Below are positions 9,588 through 18,889 of a DNA stretch of 64,000 bases, in pieces. The stretch is from assembly GCA_045123675.1 (NCBI GenBank), contig JBGVKL010000086.1:29860-93859 (forward strand), in the 5' to 3' direction. The notes beneath the pieces were generated by a model that was given only the letters and a program-made list of their open reading frames with translations, made no database searches and was not told where the DNA came from. A program made the translations under genes and the position numbers. Every line of letters begins with the position of its first letter. Position 1 is the first letter of the stretch. The DNA is from Acetatifactor sp. (GTDB taxonomy: Bacteria; Bacillota; Clostridia; Lachnospirales; Lachnospiraceae).

Positions 9588-12011
9588 CTAGTTACCTTCC
9601 TTCACCGGCTCACCATACAGCACACCACGCGAACCTGTTGCCAAGAAGAATCTGCCAAACACCCGCTTGTCTGCATCCATACTATTGATTTCACCATACA
9701 TCTGATTTGCTGTATTCAGCCGCTCATAAGACTTGCACTCATCCAAGGTGCGATAAAATCCATACTGTCCGTCCACATTACCGCAGAAGTAAATTGCTTT
9801 AGGTTCGCCGATATACTTGCCACCCGGTCGGCCTACACCTAAGCCCATACGGAAGCAATTGTCTCCACTTGCCATAAGCTTCGTACAGGTAATCACATCA
9901 TGTGCACTATCATAGTGATATTTCCACAAGCCGTCCTTGCCAAGTGCCATATAAAACAGTCCTTCTTCTCCGGCCACACCGCGTATCTCCGTACGATTTG
10001 CAGTGTCAATTTTGCCGAAATGACTGGCAGGAAAATCAATAAAATGTTCCACCTTTTGATTATTACATTCTTCCACAATTATTTCAAACAATGAACGTTC
10101 CCTGCCTTCGCTACCGAAGGCCGCCTTTGCAATCGGCTGCTTCTGGTGATAGCTGAAACCGCCGTCCGTACTTACATACAGCTGTCCTTCGCCACCAAAA
10201 CCATAAAACAACTTAGAATTAACTCTATCAGAAAATACCTTTAAATATCCTTTTGTTACCTTACTGCCCGTCAGGTCAAAAACCTCCACCTGCTTAAAGC
10301 TCTTTCCACCATCTCTGCTGACAATCACCATATCCACAGGTAAAAGAATCCCGTCCGCCACAGACCATACAATATTTTGTCCGTCCGGCGACATGGCCAC
10401 CCAGCCGGGATTTGTATTCGGTCGTTCAATCGCATGCAACTGCTCTGCAATCTTTCCACCAATATCAAACGGCATGGGGATACGTTTAAACGTCTTAAAT
10501 CCATCCGTAGTACGAACCAAACCACCCTTGGTAATTCCCTTCCAATTACCTCTGGCAGTGATAATCGCCATGTTACTGTCCACATCCGACAAATCTGCAT
10601 TAATACAGGTGATGTAGCGGTTACCGCCCTCATCATCAAAGGAATTGTCACAGGGCTTATCTAAATCACGGAAGGCAAAACCTCCCAAATCACCAACAAT
10701 ATCTACCAGTTGCACCTCTCCGTCCACCGGTCCATACACATTCAAATGCACGGTTTCCTCAATACCATCACACCAGTCATGGTACGCCGGATTCTCTGAA
10801 AGCAACGCATCGGTCGTAAATACACCGGTACCTGAATTGAACCACAACTCATTTGGGTTGAACGGATTTATTTTTACATCACTTTGCCAATGTAGTAAAC
10901 TTACACCCGCATTATATTTCGGCAACATGTAAGAAGTACGGAAATACATACCACCCTCTTCCAAGCCGCACAGGCTTACCTTCCAGGTATCGCCATAATC
11001 CTCTGACACATAAATTCCTTCCGGATATTCCTTCTCTCTGCAAAGAGTACTGCAAACCAAAAGCCCCGGCTTGGCTTTGCAAGAGCATACACCACCAAAA
11101 CCATAATTTAAATATTCCTTGGTATGTGTACCATCCCTATCCGGTGTAATATCATCATACCCTGCAATCCGACCATTTTCGAAATAATATCGAATGACCT
11201 TACCACCAATCACGTCACCGGTGTCACAGCTATAGCCCAAATCTACAATATAATTCCAGCGACCAGTAGAATTCATGGTTACATACAAATATTTGCCATC
11301 ATAATCATAGCGGGAAGCCACCAAACCATTCATCTTGCTATCCGATACAATCACGTTTTGCGGCATCATCAGTCTTTCAAAAGTAACACCCCTGTCATAA
11401 GATACATACAGGCTGTGACCGCGCAGGCTGTCATCCACTCTGGTGGTGTAACCGGCCGTACCTACTACAAGGGTCTGTGAATCGTCAGACACCCAGACAA
11501 ATGTTGTGTATCCCTCTTCCAAAGAAAGTCTCTCCCAAGTATCCCCTCTATCAGAAGTTTTCCACAGGCCACCCAGCTGACTGGCAAAGTAAAGCACATT
11601 GCTGTCGTTTTTATCCACAACCAGACGGTATCCGGTACCTCTGCCACTCATATTTCCATGCACTGTGGTTGGTACTTTCTTGTATGTAAATGTCTTTCCA
11701 TAATCTTCAGAAAAACTAAGTACACCGTAACCTCTATCCGTAATACCGCTAATTATGTACAACCTCTCCGGGTACTTATCATCCAATGCCAAAGCGATAG
11801 GATAGGTCTCCGCCAAATTTTCGTGGCTTACGTGATTAATCAAACTTTCCCATTTCTTATCTCCTGTATTAAAACGATAACTTCCGCCGATATCCGTCCG
11901 GGCATACAAAATCCCGGGCTGCGTCTGGTGATAGATTAATCCTGTCACATAGCCGCCTCCCGGAATCGGTGCATTTTTGTATTTATATTCAATCTGTCTG
12001 GTAATCTTCAT
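9588..12011 (-). CDS. Glycoside hydrolase family 74 (xyloglucanase-type), no signal peptide
   Basis: GGGYVTG, catalytic YARTDIGG and VGDLGGF, GIEETV, SxDxGxTW Asp-boxes, C-terminal ATGSRGVLYG. Confidence 0.9.
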   Translation of the reverse strand: MKITRQIEYKYKNAPIPGGGYVTGLIYHQTQPGILYARTDIGGSYRFNTGDKKWESLINHVSHENLAETYPIALALDDKYPERLYIISGITDRGYGVLSFSEDYGKTFTYKKVPTTVHGNMSGRGTGYRLVVDKNDSNVLYFASQLGGLWKTSDRGDTWERLSLEEGYTTFVWVSDDSQTLVVGTAGYTTRVDDSLRGHSLYVSYDRGVTFERLMMPQNVIVSDSKMNGLVASRYDYDGKYLYVTMNSTGRWNYIVDLGYSCDTGDVIGGKVIRYYFENGRIAGYDDITPDRDGTHTKEYLNYGFGGVCSCKAKPGLLVCSTLCREKEYPEGIYVSEDYGDTWKVSLCGLEEGGMYFRTSYMLPKYNAGVSLLHWQSDVKINPFNPNELWFNSGTGVFTTDALLSENPAYHDWCDGIEETVHLNVYGPVDGEVQLVDIVGDLGGFAFRDLDKPCDNSFDDEGGNRYITCINADLSDVDSNMAIITARGNWKGITKGGLVRTTDGFKTFKRIPMPFDIGGKIAEQLHAIERPNTNPGWVAMSPDGQNIVWSVADGILLPVDMVIVSRDGGKSFKQVEVFDLTGSKVTKGYLKVFSDRVNSKLFYGFGGEGQLYVSTDGGFSYHQKQPIAKAAFGSEGRERSLFEIIVEECNNQKVEHFIDFPASHFGKIDTANRTEIRGVAGEEGLFYMALGKDGLWKYHYDSAHDVITCTKLMASGDNCFRMGLGVGRPGGKYIGEPKAIYFCGNVDGQYGFYRTLDECKSYERLNTANQMYGEINSMDADKRVFGRFFLATGSRGVLYGEPVKEGN

Positions 12012-12129
12012 GCATAGCCCTCCATAAGTCAAATATTTGCATAATATCCCATTAAACTTATTTAATCATATTTGACTTTAAATTACTATGCTATTTTTGT
12101 ACATATTTGGAGAGAAAAATTAGTGTCTG

Positions 12130-13368
12130 CTATTTTCCTGAAAATACAACCCAATAATCATAGCCATTGATATTCATTACTTCCATTTTAAACTTGTAAG
12201 CCTGTTCAAAATCACCTGAATACTGATCATAAAAACCTTCTGCATCCGTCTTCAGTTCTCTGAAATTAACATCATAATTCTCTCGATTGTTTTTCAGCAG
12301 CTTACCACAACAGCAACGTGCTGCATTATCATAATTCTCATAATAGAACAAATAATGTATATTAGTATCCAAAAACAAAGCTCCCAAGCCATCGCCGATT
12401 GCACTCAGCGCACCATGCTGCGTTGCACTTTCATCCACTTTATCCACATATTCTTGGACACTATCATTGTCTATAAATGTTATAATTGTATCTTCGATTG
12501 TTGCAAAATCATCACTGTAGGAACTCTCTGTTTCCTCCACATAACTATTCCAAAAGCTTTCAGCAGCTGAATCTATTACTCTGCCGGCAGTATTGAAAAA
12601 ACCACTATTTAAAGAATCTTCATAATAAACATCAACCACCATATATACGGTATCATCCATGGTTTTCTCTGATACTTTATAAGACATTTCGTTGTAGTCT
12701 GCCCAGTCTAAAAGTCTGTTATAATCTAAAAAGAAAGCTTCCTTGGCACTAACCTCTGCATAATCAATAACAGGAATCGTATAATTGGCTGTTATCCAAT
12801 CGGAGTAATAAGTGCCGGACTCCGTTGTACGAACTGCACGTATATAAGTTGTTCCTTCTTCTCCGGCCTGTATCGTCTTTTGTGCAAAGCATTTTGTTAA
12901 AACCACGCCCTCTTTATCTAAAGCAGTAGTTACCTCATAACCGGTTGCCCCCTTTGCCTCATCCCATGTAACTTCCAGCTTTCTTCCATTCACCTGATAT
13001 GTAATATTCGAAGGCACGCCCAAATAAATCGGAACTGTATATTTCAAGTCAACCCATTCTGAATAAATATACTCATCATCATCTTTATAAACAGACCGGA
13101 TTCTGGCAGTAAAAGTATCACCATCCATGGGTTCCTTTAAAACACTCTCTGTTTTATTTCCGACATTTTGCGCGCCGTTTCCGATTCCATAATCTATTTG
13201 ATACCCTATTACATCAGACACCTCATCCCATGTAAACTTAACAGAATGTGTTTCCTCTGAATATTTGTACTCAAAATCCCCCGGGGCCTCCGGTTCTATC
13301 TTTCCGCAACCACTAAACAGTAACACTACTGCTGAAAACACCAGCAATCTACATTTTACTTTTTTCAT
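12130..13368 (-). CDS. Lipoprotein with two fibronectin type III-like domains
   Basis: Lipobox FSGC; two repeats of the pattern TWDE-GY-IR(S/A)V-YS(E/D)W. Confidence 0.7.
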   Translation of the reverse strand: MKKVKCRLLVFSAVVLLFSGCGKIEPEAPGDFEYKYSEETHSVKFTWDEVSDVIGYQIDYGIGNGAQNVGNKTESVLKEPMDGDTFTARIRSVYKDDDEYIYSEWVDLKYTVPIYLGVPSNITYQVNGRKLEVTWDEAKGATGYEVTTALDKEGVVLTKCFAQKTIQAGEEGTTYIRAVRTTESGTYYSDWITANYTIPVIDYAEVSAKEAFFLDYNRLLDWADYNEMSYKVSEKTMDDTVYMVVDVYYEDSLNSGFFNTAGRVIDSAAESFWNSYVEETESSYSDDFATIEDTIITFIDNDSVQEYVDKVDESATQHGALSAIGDGLGALFLDTNIHYLFYYENYDNAARCCCGKLLKNNRENYDVNFRELKTDAEGFYDQYSGDFEQAYKFKMEVMNINGYDYWVVFSGK

Positions 13369-13458
13369 TTGTTTCCCGCCTCTCTAAGCTTCCAAAATCT
13401 TCCGACTTATTATACATACATTGCTATGTACTATGTCAATAGATTTTGTCACATTTCG

Positions 13459-14670
13459 CTAATCTGCAAAGCTTAGATTATCCAATAAATCGCCCGACCA
13501 AATATCTTTTATTCCTCCGTCTTCATTTATCTGGCAAATATTCATTTGGTTCGTGACATAAATCCAACCGCTCGTCTTAAAATCCTCTCCATATTTAAGC
13601 TCTACCCAACCATTTCTCTCCCCGTCTTCCTTGTCAGGATAGTAGCGATAAAGAATTACTTTTTCTCCCTGCGCAAGCACCATTATCTGCGATGTAAAAT
13701 CTTTGTCAGAAAATATCTGCAATTCTTCTCTTACCATCGGACAAACTTCTGTATCTGTCATTCGATATTCATAGCCCTTAAATGTATATTCCTCCCTCAC
13801 CTGTAGTTCCAGCCTTGCTTCCTCAAAGTTCTCACTGTTTTGCAGCTTCCACATACCTTCCGCAAAACTTGTTTCTAAAATATCAATACGCTGCGTTGCA
13901 TAAACAGTACCGTCTCCCGGCACTTGAATCTGAATATTACTGCGGTCGATGGAATTGACAAGAGCCTGATAATCATCACCTTCCTGTAATCCCCAACCGG
14001 CTACACCGCCGTCAATCGGGCAATCGCTAAAGCCTCCGATTTTACGAAGCTCGCTTCCCTCATACCGAAACAGTGTCGTATATGCATCATCACTGGGGCC
14101 ATCCTCATACAAACCAATTTCCTTATAGCCGTCATTTACATCTACATCAAAAATATACCAGGTTGCAATATCTGCATTCTCCGGATAATAACTATTCTTC
14201 TCCTGCAAATAAGTTTCATCAAATATATAATCATTAATGCGAATCGTCGGTACCGCGTGATACAAAGCATTTCCCGCAGTTGTACTTCCTTCACTCAATA
14301 TGCCAAAAGAAACCTGAATAAGTTCCTGCGTACCATCACCATTCAAATCAATACCTACGGTACTTCCCATAGCCAAAGGTACTACTGTATCATCAGGAAA
14401 TTCTACCGAATCACTGGGTAACGGTTCTAATGTCGCCTCCGGTTGCTCAACCACTCCGCTTCCTTCCGGTTCCAATGTTACCTCAGGCTGCTCTGTGATT
14501 TCCGGCGTCTCGGGTGCCTGCGTCACTTCCGGTGTTTCCTGCTTTTCAGGTGCCTCCGTCACTTCCGGCTTCACCGGTATCTGACCTTCCTCCACCTTCA
14601 CTGCCACACAGCCGGAAAAGGTCAAAGTAAGTGCTAACAAAAACGCACAGCTTTTTATCTTCCTTCTCAT
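13459..14670 (-). CDS. Lipoprotein with Pro/Glu/Thr-rich linker, function unknown
   Basis: Lipobox FSGC, PEVT repeats, DLNGDG/DVDVNDG Ca-binding-like motifs, SH3b-like C-terminus; GGAGG RBS. Confidence 0.7.
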   Translation of the reverse strand: MRRKIKSCAFLLALTLTFSGCVAVKVEEGQIPVKPEVTEAPEKQETPEVTQAPETPEITEQPEVTLEPEGSGVVEQPEATLEPLPSDSVEFPDDTVVPLAMGSTVGIDLNGDGTQELIQVSFGILSEGSTTAGNALYHAVPTIRINDYIFDETYLQEKNSYYPENADIATWYIFDVDVNDGYKEIGLYEDGPSDDAYTTLFRYEGSELRKIGGFSDCPIDGGVAGWGLQEGDDYQALVNSIDRSNIQIQVPGDGTVYATQRIDILETSFAEGMWKLQNSENFEEARLELQVREEYTFKGYEYRMTDTEVCPMVREELQIFSDKDFTSQIMVLAQGEKVILYRYYPDKEDGERNGWVELKYGEDFKTSGWIYVTNQMNICQINEDGGIKDIWSGDLLDNLSFAD

Positions 14671-14716
14671 ACGCAACCTCCTCTCGAGTGCAATTCATCC
14701 GTGTCTTCCTACTTTT

Positions 14717-14745
14717 ATTTTATATTTTCCATAAATTCCTGTCAA
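14717..14745 (-). promoter_or_regulatory. Putative sigma-A promoter for the 14670 lipoprotein
   Basis: Minus strand TTGACA-N17-TAAAAT. Confidence 0.65.
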
Positions 14746-14781
14746 TAAATGGGACTACTCTTTCGAAAACCTTAAGAAATC

Positions 14782-14808
14782 AAAAAAGGGAGCCACACAG
14801 CTCCCCTT
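14782..14808 (-). terminator. Intrinsic terminator after lrgB
   Basis: GGGAGC-cacaca-GCTCCC stem with a T-tract on the minus strand (AAAAAA at 14782-14787 on plus). Confidence 0.75.
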
Positions 14809-14815
14809 CCAACTT

Positions 14816-15508
14816 TTAAATTAACGGCGCAAACATCTGAATAGCAATCACGGTCAAAATACCGGTTACTACGACAGACAGACTGCTCATAGCGCCCTCT
14901 ATTTCACCAATTTCCATGGCTTTGGTAGTTCCCAGGGCATGGGAAGCAGTTCCGATAGCCAAGCCTTTGGCGATGGGCTCCTCAATCTTCATCCACTTTA
15001 ACCAAAGCTCCGCTATGACATTTCCCAAGATACCGGTAATACTAATGGACACGATGGTGATGGTTACAATACCACCCATTTTGTCCGAAATCCCCATACC
15101 GATTGCAGTGGTAATGGACTTCGGCAAAAGTGTCACATACTGTTCATGGCTTAAACCAAATGCCAGACTCATCAGCCAGATACTTACCATAGTAGTCAGT
15201 ACGCCGGAGGCAATCCCGCCAAAGATTGCCACCGGGTATTTCTTCAAAAGCTCTAATTGTCTGTAAAGCGGTATGGCCAGACACACCGTAGCCGGTGTCA
15301 GCAGGAAGCTGATCGGTTGTACCGCCGCCTTATATACCTCATAATCGATATCCAGAAGCACCAAAACACCAATAATGCATAGTGCGGCTATCAACAAGGG
15401 GTTTGCCAGCGCCCATTTTGTTTTTCTCTTTATTACCAGACCGATTTCGTAAAAAATCAGGGTCAGCACTACTCCAAAGTAAACGGAGCCGGTTAACATT
15501 TCTTTCAT
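14816..15508 (-). CDS. lrgB: LrgB/CidB family membrane protein
   Basis: NPLL, PATVCLAIPLY, PKSITTAI and G-A-GTASHALGT motifs. Confidence 0.92.
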   Translation of the reverse strand: MKEMLTGSVYFGVVLTLIFYEIGLVIKRKTKWALANPLLIAALCIIGVLVLLDIDYEVYKAAVQPISFLLTPATVCLAIPLYRQLELLKKYPVAIFGGIASGVLTTMVSIWLMSLAFGLSHEQYVTLLPKSITTAIGMGISDKMGGIVTITIVSISITGILGNVIAELWLKWMKIEEPIAKGLAIGTASHALGTTKAMEIGEIEGAMSSLSVVVTGILTVIAIQMFAPLI

Positions 15509-15584
15509 AGTTACTTTCCTTGCTTCTTAATTTCTCGCGTTACCCATATTCCTTTACCAGGCGCGCAAACATCTTCCACGTATT

Positions 15585-17024
15585 TTACTTCGCAAGCTCC
15601 GTAGGTTCCAATCTCAGTCGGATCTTAGGCAGCTTCTCGATAGTGGTATAGCTGTTATACAAACCATCCTCGGTAGAAATATCGTTTTCACCGGTAGCGG
15701 GCGGTGCAAAAATCTTTAAAGTCAAATCACAGGGACCATCCAGTGGCTTTTCAAAAAATGCACTAATCATATCGATGGTCTTAGCCTTAGGTGATTTATA
15801 AAACCACTTTCCGTTAATCTCTAACATTAAGTTCGAATCATCTTCAAAGGTCAATTCGAAGAAATGAGGGTTATTTTCAAAGTGAATAGGAATCGCAATA
15901 CCCTCTGCATCCTCGGCACCACCCCAGCGAAGAGTGAGCGGAAGTGCCACTTCTTCTCCGATAGTCATGGCCGGTTGGAAATATTCGTCATGAATAATTT
16001 CTTTGTAGGTTTTCAAAATAGGCTGTGCAATACCTACCTCCGGATTATTCGGATCCTCGATTTCCAGTCCCAAACGTCCTCTGTCACGGAACTGATACAT
16101 GGAGAAATTGGTAAACCATGTAGCGTTCTCTTCCTTCAAAATATCGCAGAACTCCTTCACCATAGCAGCCTGCTCAAAAGGTCCTGTTACATCGCCGTCA
16201 GCATTTACTTCGCTCATCATCATAGGCTTCTTGGCACCGCCGCAAAGCTCTGAGAAACGATTGTAACTATTCTTGGTATATTCATAGATTTCCCTGATAT
16301 TACCTCTGCTATGCGTGCTGCCGCCACGTTCTGCTATATCATAGGGCCATCCCCAATGCAGAGCAAAATACTTATCAATGGACCACATATCGGTACAACG
16401 AACAGCTTCTGCGAATTCTTCTTCTTTTTCAATCTTGCCGCTGTCGCCTTCTACACCGCCGGTACAAAGAATGGTCTGCACGTTAGGTGCATGCTCTTTG
16501 ATAATACGGTGAGCGCGGCAATAAAAATCAGCCACTTCCTGATAGGTACAACGCTTGTTAAAGCTGAACCAGTTGCCGGTTGCTTCATGATTAATACGAA
16601 GCATCAAACGACCAAAAGGCTTTAAATCCTTGGCAATAGCAATTAAATGTTCATCGGAAACATGGGGATCGATTGTTAAAGTAAGGGTAACATCCTGTCC
16701 GTGCTGACGGATTTCACGCATATACTGAAAAGGCTCTCCCTCCGTATTTCCGCCCAATCCACCCTTATAGGTAAAATAATCATCATATGGGTAGTCCCAT
16801 GCAAAGGATACATTCGGGTCTGCATGTACTACGCTGGCTCTGCCCGGCCATCCTTCATCCAGAGGATAATAACAGTACATCAAAGAAATACTTCTGTGGG
16901 GTCTGCCCAAGGTATGTAAAATATAATCCTGATTCACATATTCTCCTCGTTCAGAACCATCCCCCAAATCTACTGCACATTTTGCCTTGCCCATATGAAG
17001 GGCATACATTTTGTTTTCACTCAT
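15585..17024 (-). CDS. GH26-like glycoside hydrolase, no signal peptide
   Basis: LRINHEATGNWF matches the GH26 acid/base R-x-x-HE-x-x-G-x-W motif; putative nucleophile in KPMMMSE. Confidence 0.65.
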   Translation of the reverse strand: MSENKMYALHMGKAKCAVDLGDGSERGEYVNQDYILHTLGRPHRSISLMYCYYPLDEGWPGRASVVHADPNVSFAWDYPYDDYFTYKGGLGGNTEGEPFQYMREIRQHGQDVTLTLTIDPHVSDEHLIAIAKDLKPFGRLMLRINHEATGNWFSFNKRCTYQEVADFYCRAHRIIKEHAPNVQTILCTGGVEGDSGKIEKEEEFAEAVRCTDMWSIDKYFALHWGWPYDIAERGGSTHSRGNIREIYEYTKNSYNRFSELCGGAKKPMMMSEVNADGDVTGPFEQAAMVKEFCDILKEENATWFTNFSMYQFRDRGRLGLEIEDPNNPEVGIAQPILKTYKEIIHDEYFQPAMTIGEEVALPLTLRWGGAEDAEGIAIPIHFENNPHFFELTFEDDSNLMLEINGKWFYKSPKAKTIDMISAFFEKPLDGPCDLTLKIFAPPATGENDISTEDGLYNSYTTIEKLPKIRLRLEPTELAK

Positions 17025-17073
17025 ATTTTTTCCTCCATAAAAATATTAATCTCTGCTCAGAGCCTACCTTCTC

Positions 17074-17475
17074 TCAATCACTCTTTTTCGTGTTTCCTTC
17101 AACGCTCTGTTTGCTTTCGCTCTGTTTGCCTTTCCTGCGAATAATTGCCTGCGCCACCCGGCCTGTCACTGTCATAATCAATAATGTGGAAACCACGGAA
17201 ATCACCACCAGCGGAACAAACATCTGCTTGATTTCCTCCACACTTGCCATAATCCCTACCGTAGGCGGTATGAACATAATGGACAAATTTTCCGTCAAAA
17301 AATCGGAAACATTCTCTACTTCCTTTAACGGTATGATTTTAGTAGTCAACGCAATTAACATTAACACCAGTCCATACATACTTGCCGCAATAGGCAGAGG
17401 AATCAAATACTCCATTGCCTCCGCAATCAGGCAAATGACCAGAATGATACAGATTTGCTTAATATATTTTACCAT
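17074..17475 (-). CDS. lrgA: CidA/LrgA family protein
   Basis: LPIAASMYGL, FL..NLSIMFIPPTVG, four TM helices, basic tail. Confidence 0.92.
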   Translation of the reverse strand: MVKYIKQICIILVICLIAEAMEYLIPLPIAASMYGLVLMLIALTTKIIPLKEVENVSDFLTENLSIMFIPPTVGIMASVEEIKQMFVPLVVISVVSTLLIMTVTGRVAQAIIRRKGKQSESKQSVEGNTKKSD

Positions 17476-17488
17476 GCTTTTCTCCTCG

Positions 17489-17668
17489 CTACATCTGGTG
17501 ACGCACTACTGCATACTCATCATCTGCACTGTAGTACGGGCACTCCCACTGGCTACCGGACAAAAAGCGATACATTTCATCCTCGTCCAGATTCACCATG
17601 CAACAATAACATTCATAATCTTCATCATATACATAATTTGCACAACTGTCGCAACTTGTTGCTGCCAT
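17489..17668 (-). CDS. DUF6472 family small Cys-rich protein
   Basis: CDSCANYVYDED...C..NLDEDE...CPYY..DDEY.VVRHQM; GGAG RBS before ATG 17668. Confidence 0.75.
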   Translation of the reverse strand: MAATSCDSCANYVYDEDYECYCCMVNLDEDEMYRFLSGSQWECPYYSADDEYAVVRHQM

Positions 17669-17708
17669 AGTATTCTCTCCCCAAATCGATAATTTATAAC
17701 TCTCTATT

Positions 17709-17737
17709 AATCTACCATCGTTTCCTATTTTTTTCAA
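17709..17737 (-). promoter_or_regulatory. Putative promoter of the DUF6472-lrgA-GH26-lrgB operon
   Basis: Minus strand TTGAAA-N17-TAGATT with an extended -10 TG. Confidence 0.45.
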
Positions 17738-17836
17738 ACTTTTTCGTATATGCTTGTTTCAATTCCTCTGCCACTTGTCTTCATATTTCTCCTGTTGTAT
17801 GGTTTGTTATTATTGCCATACCTATTTTTGCGTTAT

Positions 17837-18106
17837 TGGGTATATGTGGTCGTTTTTCTCCGCGATACCCAATAATACAGCAATCCCCCTTGATTTACTC
17901 GCTAATTTGAAGTCTATATCACCCATTTGGGCATGTGGAATCATCCATTTTCACCATACCCAGAAATCCCCTGTATTTGTGGGTATGGACACAATAATTG
18001 TTTGCCCCTACCCAAAACATCCTCAACTGCCTATAAATCATGCACTTTTCGGCTTATTTTAGTACAATCGCTGGGCATAGATAAAAATAAACTCCATATA
18101 TACCCA
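17837..18106. repeat. Array of four 35-bp palindromic units TGGGYAT-N21-(A/C)TACCCA
   Basis: Units at 17837-17871, 17928-17962, 17980-18014 and 18072-18106; each interior is exactly 21 nt and different. Confidence 0.85.
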
Positions 18107-18175
18107 AATACTACAACAGCTTGTCAAATTCTACATTCAGCTTACGCTTCAATTCCTTCAACGAATTATCTTTCA

Positions 18176-18889
18176 TCATTTTCTCGCTACAAATGTTACC
18201 ACATTGGTACTCAACCGACTGACAAATCCCTCTCTTGGGATATCATATTCCTGCGCACTCACGGTAGATTTAAGAGCACTCCAGCCCTCAAACACCTCAT
18301 TCAGATACTCCTGCAATTTTTCAGTAGTAAGATTCACCTCAAACTGCGCATCCACCATTTCCTTTGTATCTCTATTTTGCTCTCTTACTTCAGAATTCAT
18401 TACTAGACAGACCACGCCCTTTTCCCTCAGTCCGTCACGGATTTCTGCCAATTTCATTCGAAAAGAGTCCTCTGTATCGATATGCTCCAAAGCAGAAACC
18501 GCCATAATAAAATCATAGGAATTTCCAGCAATTGCATATTCCTCTATAGATTTCTGAATGCCCCGAATACTTGCAGACACGCCTCGCTCCTGCGCATTCT
18601 CATGGAGCTTCTCAATTGCAATTTCCAGCAAATCCACGCACTCCACTACACAATTTTTATCCTTAAAAAACTCTGCAACGTAAATACTGTTACGCCCTAC
18701 ACCGGAGCCCAAATCCAAAACCCGCAATGCCTCATAATCTTCAAACAGTGGCACAATATCACGCACTGTCTTTATGGGCTTTTTCAACCAACTATCCGTT
18801 GCGTACAGCTTCTCATCGGAATATATTTCAGTATGTGATTTTCTTTCACTTTCCCTAATACGATTTATTCTGTCATCGAGCATTCTCAT
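18176..18889 (-). CDS. Class I SAM-dependent methyltransferase (TehB-like)
   Basis: VLDLGSGVGRN motif I; YDFIMAVSALEH. Confidence 0.85.
   Translation of the reverse strand: MRMLDDRINRIRESERKSHTEIYSDEKLYATDSWLKKPIKTVRDIVPLFEDYEALRVLDLGSGVGRNSIYVAEFFKDKNCVVECVDLLEIAIEKLHENAQERGVSASIRGIQKSIEEYAIAGNSYDFIMAVSALEHIDTEDSFRMKLAEIRDGLREKGVVCLVMNSEVREQNRDTKEMVDAQFEVNLTTEKLQEYLNEVFEGWSALKSTVSAQEYDIPREGFVSRLSTNVVTFVARK

Noticed and set aside
14430-14575. PEVT repeats (also the VVEEAP and TQES repeats elsewhere) as special elements
   Set aside because: Ordinary in-frame low-complexity linkers of surface proteins.
16787-17692. 301-aa plus-strand ORF
   Set aside because: Antisense shadow across three well-supported minus-strand genes.
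17837-18106. CRISPR or TIGR array interpretation of the palindromes
   Set aside because: Conserved parts are only 7-bp inverted arms, linkers are unequal, and there are no cas or tas genes or box C/D motifs. Kept as an unexplained array.
17754-18406. Plus-strand ORFs 17754-18062 and 17927-18406
   Set aside because: TTG starts without an RBS, no recognisable domain; the second overlaps the methyltransferase antisense.
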